64,000 bases of DNA, taken from positions 226,486 to 290,485 of the forward strand of contig JAVBMV010000007.1 of NCBI GenBank assembly GCA_031552145.1, read 5' to 3'. Position 1 is the stretch's first letter, and each line of letters starts with the position of its first letter. The notes beneath the pieces were generated by a model, which saw only the letters and a list, made by a program, of their open reading frames with translations, ran no database searches and was not told where the DNA came from. The DNA is from Myxococcales bacterium. GTDB lineage: Bacteria > Myxococcota > Myxococcia > Myxococcales > UBA5297. A program made the position numbers and the translations under genes. Positions 57,188-64,000 of this stretch are shown one piece after another.

Positions 57188-59659
57188 TCACGGAGTGGTT
57201 GGTGGCGCGTCGATCAGCGGGGTCGGCGTTTCGACAATCTTTGCCGTGGTATCGGTGCCGTTTGCATCGCCCGCTCCATTGAGGCATCCGAGCACGCCGA
57301 AGGCGTTTCGGCCCCAGCAATAGGCGGCTCCTTCGGCGGTGAGCACGCAGCTTCCGTTGTAGGCTGTGACTGTCGCTGCGACGCCAGCCTCGAACCCAAT
57401 GACGTCTAGCGGCGTCGTGGAGTTGGCGGTGCCATTACCCAGTTGTCGATTCGTGTTAGTGCCCCAACACTTAGCTCCGCCGTTGACTACGGCGCAGGAG
57501 TGCGAAAAGGCGATGGACATGGAGCTGATTGGGGCTGGATCGAAGACGGTGACCAATTTGGCGGTGTTGGGGTGGCTCGTCTCCGTGCCATTGCCGTTTT
57601 GGCCCGTAGTGTTGAACCCCCAGCAATAAATGGAATTGTCGCTCGCCATGGTTGCACAGGCGCGGGTCTGCCCGCTCCCCCCTGCGGACCCAGCGACAAG
57701 CTTCGAGATGGCGGCCGTTTTGTCGGGAGCGCTCTCGGGCAGCTGAATGATGGGTATAAGTGTTCCCACATTGTAGCAGATGACCCCGTCGTCTCCGACG
57801 CCGATACAGAAAACACGTCGGCTGACCGCCAGCTTGGAAACCCCGCTAGAATAGTCAAAGCCGCCAATAGCGGATTTGAAGTCGACCGGTGCGTGCACGT
57901 CGTCGTCGAAGCCGTAAAGGAAGAGGCTGTCTCCCCAGACCTTGACGCCTCCCGTTGTCGTTAGCGCTACGGTATAGCCCTGTCCGACGCCGACGTATTC
58001 CGCCTTCCAGGTGGCGTCATTCACTTTGACGGGAGTCTTTCTGTCGTCAGTAGTATTGTCGCCCACGCCCCCATATTGATTCTGTCCCCAACAGTAGACG
58101 TCATCATTCGCATCGATCATGCAGCTGTGGTGCCACGTCGAGGGTGCCACCATCTTGACGCCGGCGGTCGCACCCACTACCTGCACGGGTACGGAACTGT
58201 TCGTGGTCGTGTCATTCCCGAGAGCCCCGAATTCGTTGCGTCCCCAGCATTTAAGCGCGCGCGTGGTCTTTAGGATGGCACACATTACGAAATCGCCCGT
58301 GCCGACGAGCTCGGCGATGGCGTCGCAATTGCCATCCGGACCGGTCAGCATTCCAGGCTTGCAGACCGGTGCGCTGCAGAGGCCGCTCTCGCAGGGTGCT
58401 GTCTGGTAGGGAGTCAATCCCACAGTGCAGTCCACCGCGGTGGGGCCGCAGGCCGTGGAGGTGTCGGCCACGCAGTTGGCGCCTACTGGATGGAAGTCGA
58501 GCTCGCACTCGGTCGCCCTGCAGGCGCCATTCTCGCAGATTGCCTCGAAGACATTCGCCGCGGCGTAGCAATCCTCCTGGTGGGCCCCGCAGGAGTCGAC
58601 GGTATCGGGGGCGCAGGCGTTGTTGGCGACGTGGTAATTGGCGATGCACGTATTGATGACGCAGGCGGCGCCCACGCAGCTCGCGGTGGCCACGCCCGCG
58701 CCGCTCGTGCAGTCGAGGGCGGCGGCGCCGCAGGAGGTGGCGCTGTCGGCAACGCAGGTGGCGCCGCTCAGATGGTGGGCGGGCTTGCAGCTCTGTGCCA
58801 CGCAGGCGCCCGCGCTGCAACGCACGGCGCCGACGCCGGGAAGCGCGGTGCAGTCATTGTCGTGCGCGCCGCACGCGAGCTTGCTGTCGAGGACGCAGGC
58901 GTTGCCGTCGAGATGGTAGTTGGCGCCGCAGGTGAGCGCCTTGCAGACGCCCGCTTCGCATGTGGCGCTGGCGACCCCCGTGGTCGCTCCGCAGTCGACG
59001 AGGTTGGCGCCACAGGCGGCGCCGGTGTCGGCCGCGCAGGTGATGCCCTTGAGGTGGAAATCGGCGTCGCAGGTGAGCGCCTTGCAGCGACCCTGCACGC
59101 AGGAGGCCGTGGCCACGCCGTTGGCGGCGGTGCAGTCGGTGGCGGAGAGGCCACAGGCGGTGGCGCTGTCGGCCTCGCAGGCGCCCCCTTTAGGGTGGAA
59201 GTTGTCGAGGCAGGAGAAGGCCTTGCACGCTCCATCGATGCAATCGACGCCGGCTACGCCGGTGCCCTTGGTGCAATCGGTGGCGGCGGCGCCGCAGGCG
59301 GTGCGGCTGTCGAGCGCGCACTCGCCCTGGGCGAGGTGATAGCCCGCGGCGCAGCTCTCGGCCACGCAGCGCCCCTCCGCGCAGGTCGCGGCGCTCACGC
59401 CCTTCTTCGCGGCGCAGTTGCGGCACTCGGCGCCACAACACTCGGCGGTGTTGTTCGCGACGCATTGGTCGCCAGAGCGAATGTATCCTTCGTCACAGGT
59501 GAAGCCGCAGATCTTCTTCTCGCAGAGAACCTTGCCGTGCTCGGGCGCGACACAGCTCTTGCAGGGATCCGCCGAGGTCTCCGTTTCGCCACAGGCCGAA
59601 AGACCGAGCGAGGAGAAGAGCAAGAACGACGATATCAGGGGGGTCGATGTGAGGCGCAT
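57188..59659 (-). CDS. Lipoprotein: ~9 six-Cys repeats fused to a C-terminal RCC1-like propeller (823 aa); paralogue of 50946-55100
   Basis: ATG at 59659 gives the lipoprotein signal MRLTSTPLISSFLLFSSLGLSACGETE. The N-terminus is colinear with the paralogue (DPCKSCVAPEHGKVLCEKKICGFTCDEGY vs DPCARCTAPEHGAVLCEDGICGFTCDPGF). RCC1 blades include HSCAVVNGGAKCWGTNTNRQLG. The track ORF 57188-63358 runs upstream through antisense sequence and is not all coding. Confidence 0.9.
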   Translation of the reverse strand: MRLTSTPLISSFLLFSSLGLSACGETETSADPCKSCVAPEHGKVLCEKKICGFTCDEGYIRSGDQCVANNTAECCGAECRNCAAKKGVSAATCAEGRCVAESCAAGYHLAQGECALDSRTACGAAATDCTKGTGVAGVDCIDGACKAFSCLDNFHPKGGACEADSATACGLSATDCTAANGVATASCVQGRCKALTCDADFHLKGITCAADTGAACGANLVDCGATTGVASATCEAGVCKALTCGANYHLDGNACVLDSKLACGAHDNDCTALPGVGAVRCSAGACVAQSCKPAHHLSGATCVADSATSCGAAALDCTSGAGVATASCVGAACVINTCIANYHVANNACAPDTVDSCGAHQEDCYAAANVFEAICENGACRATECELDFHPVGANCVADTSTACGPTAVDCTVGLTPYQTAPCESGLCSAPVCKPGMLTGPDGNCDAIAELVGTGDFVMCAILKTTRALKCWGRNEFGALGNDTTTNSSVPVQVVGATAGVKMVAPSTWHHSCMIDANDDVYCWGQNQYGGVGDNTTDDRKTPVKVNDATWKAEYVGVGQGYTVALTTTGGVKVWGDSLFLYGFDDDVHAPVDFKSAIGGFDYSSGVSKLAVSRRVFCIGVGDDGVICYNVGTLIPIIQLPESAPDKTAAISKLVAGSAGGSGQTRACATMASDNSIYCWGFNTTGQNGNGTETSHPNTAKLVTVFDPAPISSMSIAFSHSCAVVNGGAKCWGTNTNRQLGNGTANSTTPLDVIGFEAGVAATVTAYNGSCVLTAEGAAYCWGRNAFGVLGCLNGAGDANGTDTTAKIVETPTPLIDAPPTTP

Positions 59660-59851
59660 TGGAGACTCCGAATCACGGGTTGTATCCAGCGTCGGCTCGC
59701 CTTTCTTGGTTTGCCGAACCCTCGAAGCGTAGCCTAGGCAGGGCAGGTGTGGCAACGGAGCACATGTCGATTGCCATATCGCTCTGCTCGTCAGAAAAAG
59801 GCCGAGTCCGCGACATAACAGAGGCGCAGCGCCCATCCCATGGAGGTTCCG

Positions 59852-62800
59852 ATGCGCTCTTTCCCAAAGTTCCTCTCGCTCACCCTGTTGGTGGCATCGC
59901 TCACGGCCTGCGAGAAGGACCAGATCAATCTGACGCCAGACGTGGGGACGGACGCGGACGCGGGCGACGCTTCCCACGACGCCGATGTGGGGCAGTGCCT
60001 TCCCCCGGACGAAATATGCGGCGAGGAGTGCTGCGAGGCGCCCGGGCGCTGTGTGGCGGGCGAGTGCGTGACCTGCGAGCGCCAATGCGAGGGCAAGCGA
60101 TGCGGCCCCGACGGCTGCGGCGGCACCTGCGGTGAATGCGCGGAAGAGGAGCGCTGTGTCGATGGGCTCTGCGAGAAAGATTGCGCGGACCCCGAGACGG
60201 ACGCGGCCTTTTGCATGCGCCTGATGCGCTGCGGCCAGACGACGGCCCAGGATCGGTGTGGCGAAACGCGGACGGTCGATTGCACGGAAATGCTGGGGTG
60301 TACCTCGACGCAGCGATGCGCGGCCGCGGGGGATTGCGTCTGCGCCGACACCCCCGAAGACGGCGACTACTGTCCGCTGGCCAAGTCGAAGCTCCACGTC
60401 GAGTGCGGCGCCGGCGAGGTCGAAGATCAATGTGGGGCGCTGCATACCTTCGATTGTGGCGATCCCTGCATCGGCGCGGCCTATTGCGGGCCGAGCAACG
60501 TCTGCGACTGTCCCGAGGAAACCGAGGCGGAGCTCTGCGCGCGCCACGGCAAAGACTGCGGCAGGCTGCAGGCGCCCGATCTGTGCGGCAGAGTGGTGGT
60601 AATACCCGATTGCGCCGAGGCGCTCGAGCGGGAAGCTTGCGCCTCGCCGAACCATTGCCTCTATAATGTTTGTGTCCCGACGACGGCCCCGCCCGCCAAT
60701 AACGAATGTGCCGAGGCGGAGCCGCTCTGGCTCTATAATGGCAAAGTGGAGTTCGACGCGGACACCAGCAAAGCGACCGACTCGGGCGACGGCAGGTGCA
60801 ATCGCTATTCGGCCTTCGACTTGGTCTACGAACTGCACCTCGATCGGGCCATGGCGCTCACCATCGAGAGCACCCCCACGTCGGCGGTCACACTTCCCAA
60901 CCTCTATGTCCAGAGCAGCTGCGGCAGCGCGCTGCACGAGCTGGGCTGCATCGCCACGGGCGAGCTCTCGACCAGAGCGGTGTTGCAGGTGCCGCGCGCG
61001 GGGCCGGGCAGCGTCTATCTCTGGGTAGATGGCTATGGAATCAAAGGACATGGCGCCGGGCCCCAGCATGTGGAGATCACGGGCCTCCCCGTCGATGCCC
61101 CCACCAACGACACCTGCGCCGAGGTCGAGCGCCACGTCCTGACCCCGGCGCGGAGCGCCCTCTCCCTGAATGGTTCCACCGCGCTGGCGCTCAATGAGCT
61201 GACGCCCTCCTGCGCTCCGGCGCCGTGGGATGGAAAGGAGCTTATCTATGCCATCACGACCCCGACCGACGGTCCCCGTACCTTTAGCGCCAAGCTCACC
61301 CCGGCGCCCAACTCCTTCTATTGGCCGACGCTCTCCATCCGGCGGGGCTGTGAGGACACAGAGGAGGAGCTCCTCTGCCATGTGAGCGCCGACTCCGGGC
61401 TCATGGAGGCGCTGCTGCCCGAAGTCGAGCCGGGGAGCACGCTCTTTTTGGTCGTCGACAGCCACGGCGATCTCACCGGAGATTTCGTGCTGGAGGTGAG
61501 CTCCGGGCCGCGGGGTGCGCCGCCGCTCAACGCCACCTGCGCTTCGCTCGAGGCCAACGCGGCGCAGTTTGTGCCCGTACAGGATCCCGCCGCGCCGCAG
61601 CGTTACTCCTTCATGGGCCATGGAACGGTGAAGGATGCCGCCGACAGCGCCAAGGGGAGCTGCATGGGGGCGACGGGCGGCCGCGACGTTCGTTACCCCA
61701 TCCACATTGGCGCGCAATCCTCCGTCCAGGTGATGGTGGCGCGCGCCTCCTACAGCCTGGGCTATTTGCCGGCGATCTATCTGAGGTCTCAGTGCGAGGG
61801 CGAGGCGGAGGTCGCGGGCAGCTGCGCCGTGGCGACCGAGGCAAACCCGACGGCCACCTTCTTCACCTCGTCGCTCGCCCCGGGCGATTATTACTTGGTG
61901 GTCGATTCCGCCACGGCGGGCGAGGGCGATTTTACGGTCGACCTCTACATCTGGTCGCCGCCCATCGCCAACTCGGCCTGTAACGCCGCGCCCGAATATG
62001 TCCTGACCACCGGCGTCGAGACGCGGATCGTGGGCAATACGCGCGGTGGCGCCAACACTACCGCGAGCAGCTGCAAGCGAGACGCGAGCGCTCGGGAGTT
62101 GGTCTACAAGGTTCAGATGCCCCCCGAGGGCCACTACGACCTGCTCCTGAGCTATCCACGCGTGCGCGGCGCCACCAATCGCCCCTTCATCTCGATCAGG
62201 AGGGATTGTGCCTCCACCGCGGCGGGCAGCGAGATCTATTGCCAGGGACAAGAGACCCTTATCGACGCCGACCATATCGGGTCGGTCGGCACGCTGAAGG
62301 GGGGCGCCACCTACTCCTTCTGGCTGGAGGAGCCGGCGGGAACCGTCAATGGTCTCTTCGAGCTGGAGCTGGTGGCGCTGCGCGCCGGTATTCCGACCCA
62401 TGCGGTCTGTGAGACGGCCGATCCCGTGACGCCCGATCTCGACGCCGGCGGCAGGGTTACGCTCTCGGGCAAGCTGCGGGACACCGCCGACGATTATGTC
62501 GCCAGCTGCGCCGCCTCCTACGGCGCCGACCTGGTCTATCGATTCGACCCGGGCGCGGAGGTGGTCAACTACCGCTTCTCGCTGACGGCGAAGGGGTCGG
62601 ATGACCGCCTCGCCATTTATATCCGCGACACCTGCGCCGAGGGCGCGGCCGACGTGCTCTGCCATGGGCAAGTCACGAGCGCTCTCACGAAGGTCTTCGA
62701 ATACCGAGGGGTGGATAGGCCCTTCTATCTCTTCATCGACACCGTGGAGCCCGCCAACGCCAGCCCCAAGATGGTTGGCGATTTCACGCTCGAGGTGTGG

Positions 62801-64000
62801 GCCAGGCGCAAGGGCGAGCCGCCGCAGAATGATCTGTGCGGCGGGGCGCGCGAGCTCGTGCCCGACGCCGCGACCGGCAAGGTGAGCGTGCGCGACTTCA
62901 CCACCTCGGATGCGAATGGAGATTATATGGGCAGCTGTACGCCGAAGACCGAGGGAGAGAATGCGCCCGACATGGTCTACAAGGTGCACGTGACGAGCCC
63001 GAGCAAGCTCTCGGCCATCCTCGCTACGTCGCGTCTCTTCCCCGACTTCCGCCCCTCCGTCTATATCCGCCGTGAGAATTGCATGGACGAGACGGGCGCG
63101 TCGGAGGTGGCCTGCGCCAACGCGGGCAGCAGCGACGACGTGACCTATGGCATCGCGACGGCCGCGGCGACGGTGAGCCCTGGCTGGTATTATATCTTTG
63201 TGGATGGGGTCGACAGCGCCTCGCACGGCGATGCTTCGCTGGAGGTGCTGGTGAGACCCGTCGCGCCGCTCTCTGACTCCTGCGCGGGCGCGGAGATGGT
63301 CGAGCTGATGGTGCCCGGCAGCGAGCGCATCGAGGGCGACACCTCCGCCGCCACTCACTCGACGCGCTCGGCCTCGCTCTCCTATGGCAACGGCCCCGAC
63401 GTCGTCTACGAGCTGCGCCTGAACGCGGCCGCCCGGCTCGACGCCACGCTCGCCTTCGTGCCCGCCTATGGCATTCCGGTGCTCTACCTGCGCGACGACT
63501 GCACCGGCGCCACGGCGGACGATGAGCTAGGCGCGGTGCGCGGCGCCGACGGCAGCGCCATTTCGCTGAGCCGAACGCTCCCCGCCGGTACCTACTGGAT
63601 CTGGATCGACTCGCACTTGCCGCTCTCTGGCCCCTTCTCGCTGCTGCTCGAGACGACGGCGCTTCCCTCCGCCCCCGCCCATTCGCTCTGCGCCACGCCC
63701 GAGCCGCTGGCCCTGGTGCAGGAGCGGCTCTCCTTCCGCACCTCGACCGTCGCCGGGTCCGACAACGCTTACGGCACGTGCGGCGGCGCCGGAGGCATCG
63801 AGCGCTATTACCTCTTTACGCCGCCGGTGCAGGCGCGGGGCGCCCTGCGGGTGCAGGTGCGGCGCGAGGCGGGGCCCGCCAACTATTCGCCCGTGGTCTA
63901 TCTGAGGAAGGTCTCGTGCGGCGCGGCCATGCCCGAAGAGGAGCTGGCCTGCGCCACTGCCTCGGGCGGGGTGGCGGAGTTCTCCGTGGAGGCGCCCTAC
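59852..64000 (+). CDS. Giant lipoprotein, 3'-truncated by the window edge: ~278-aa Cys-rich head plus 7 complete and 1 partial four-Cys PPC-like modules (not in the supplied ORF track)
   Basis: By my manual translation, frame 2 is open from ATG 59852 to base 64000 (1383 codons, no stop). GGAGG lies 6 nt upstream. Lipoprotein signal MRSFPKFLSLTLLVASLTACEK. The head contains CGPDGCGGTCGEC and 3 x (F/L)CxRxGxxCG...DC units, homologous to the head of 12472-20541. Module examples: FDLVYELHL...PNLYVQSSC...ELGC...GPGSVYLWVDG and GPDVVYELRL...PVLYLRDDC...AGTYWIWIDS. Confidence 0.9.
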   Translation, partial: MRSFPKFLSLTLLVASLTACEKDQINLTPDVGTDADAGDASHDADVGQCLPPDEICGEECCEAPGRCVAGECVTCERQCEGKRCGPDGCGGTCGECAEEERCVDGLCEKDCADPETDAAFCMRLMRCGQTTAQDRCGETRTVDCTEMLGCTSTQRCAAAGDCVCADTPEDGDYCPLAKSKLHVECGAGEVEDQCGALHTFDCGDPCIGAAYCGPSNVCDCPEETEAELCARHGKDCGRLQAPDLCGRVVVIPDCAEALEREACASPNHCLYNVCVPTTAPPANNECAEAEPLWLYNGKVEFDADTSKATDSGDGRCNRYSAFDLVYELHLDRAMALTIESTPTSAVTLPNLYVQSSCGSALHELGCIATGELSTRAVLQVPRAGPGSVYLWVDGYGIKGHGAGPQHVEITGLPVDAPTNDTCAEVERHVLTPARSALSLNGSTALALNELTPSCAPAPWDGKELIYAITTPTDGPRTFSAKLTPAPNSFYWPTLSIRRGCEDTEEELLCHVSADSGLMEALLPEVEPGSTLFLVVDSHGDLTGDFVLEVSSGPRGAPPLNATCASLEANAAQFVPVQDPAAPQRYSFMGHGTVKDAADSAKGSCMGATGGRDVRYPIHIGAQSSVQVMVARASYSLGYLPAIYLRSQCEGEAEVAGSCAVATEANPTATFFTSSLAPGDYYLVVDSATAGEGDFTVDLYIWSPPIANSACNAAPEYVLTTGVETRIVGNTRGGANTTASSCKRDASARELVYKVQMPPEGHYDLLLSYPRVRGATNRPFISIRRDCASTAAGSEIYCQGQETLIDADHIGSVGTLKGGATYSFWLEEPAGTVNGLFELELVALRAGIPTHAVCETADPVTPDLDAGGRVTLSGKLRDTADDYVASCAASYGADLVYRFDPGAEVVNYRFSLTAKGSDDRLAIYIRDTCAEGAADVLCHGQVTSALTKVFEYRGVDRPFYLFIDTVEPANASPKMVGDFTLEVWARRKGEPPQNDLCGGARELVPDAATGKVSVRDFTTSDANGDYMGSCTPKTEGENAPDMVYKVHVTSPSKLSAILATSRLFPDFRPSVYIRRENCMDETGASEVACANAGSSDDVTYGIATAAATVSPGWYYIFVDGVDSASHGDASLEVLVRPVAPLSDSCAGAEMVELMVPGSERIEGDTSAATHSTRSASLSYGNGPDVVYELRLNAAARLDATLAFVPAYGIPVLYLRDDCTGATADDELGAVRGADGSAISLSRTLPAGTYWIWIDSHLPLSGPFSLLLETTALPSAPAHSLCATPEPLALVQERLSFRTSTVAGSDNAYGTCGGAGGIERYYLFTPPVQARGALRVQVRREAGPANYSPVVYLRKVSCGAAMPEEELACATASGGVAEFSVEAPY

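Noticed and set aside
59660-63358. Upstream ~1230 codons of the 2056-aa minus-strand ORF in the track
   Set aside because: The translation is Arg/Gly/Ala/His-rich with no motifs. An internal ATG at 59659 has an RBS and a lipoprotein signal that starts the recognisable protein. The opposite strand encodes a motif-rich giant module protein. This stretch is an antisense shadow ORF.
1-64000. Diversity-generating retroelement or other targeted hypervariation acting on the giant module genes
   Set aside because: I recognised no reverse transcriptase gene or template/variable repeat pair (near-identical DNA copies with A-specific differences) in the window. Module divergence looks ancient and affects all residue types.

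Overview
GC-rich bacterial chromosomal segment. The gene content looks Myxococcota-like: many lipoproteins, ECF sigma/anti-sigma pairs, RCC1 and Cys-rich-repeat proteins, PPi-type phosphofructokinase. That taxonomic call is inference only. Recognisable housekeeping genes are pfp, glgP, glnS, gyrA, rnd, an ADP-forming acyl-CoA synthetase, a ZnuABC/TroA-type metal importer, and M2 and M23 peptidases.

Roughly 40-45% of the window encodes an unusual set of predicted envelope or surface lipoproteins:
- Three giant genes are built from at least 38 divergent tandem copies of one ~135-aa four-cysteine, PPC-like module. They lie at 1-5945 (5' end outside the window), 12472-20541 (complete), and 59852 to beyond 64000. 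The third is absent from the supplied ORF track because it has no stop in the window.
- Two paralogous lipoproteins (50946-55100 and 57188-59659) fuse about 21 and about 9 six-Cys repeats to a 7-bladed RCC1 propeller. The larger one sits downstream of two small beta-barrel genes and a one-blade mini-lipoprotein gene.
- An EGF-like/DUF1566 lipoprotein (20802-22487) is transcribed divergently from a giant gene.

An accessory stretch at about 27.7-41.5 kb, plus 10.9-12.5 kb, carries several further items:
- A translationally coupled hipB-hipA-DNA methyltransferase trio.
- Four ATPase + PD-(D/E)xK-nuclease fusion genes. Two DUF4143-type copies are each bracketed by long direct repeats of local sequence. 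One ATPase-Hjc fusion is preceded by three abutting 16-bp palindromes.
- A dispersed GC-rich hairpin family.

Many long ORFs in the track are antisense or off-frame shadow ORFs typical of GC-rich DNA and were not called. I recognised no rRNA, tRNA or CRISPR array. All coordinates and motifs were read by eye; no database search or computation was possible.
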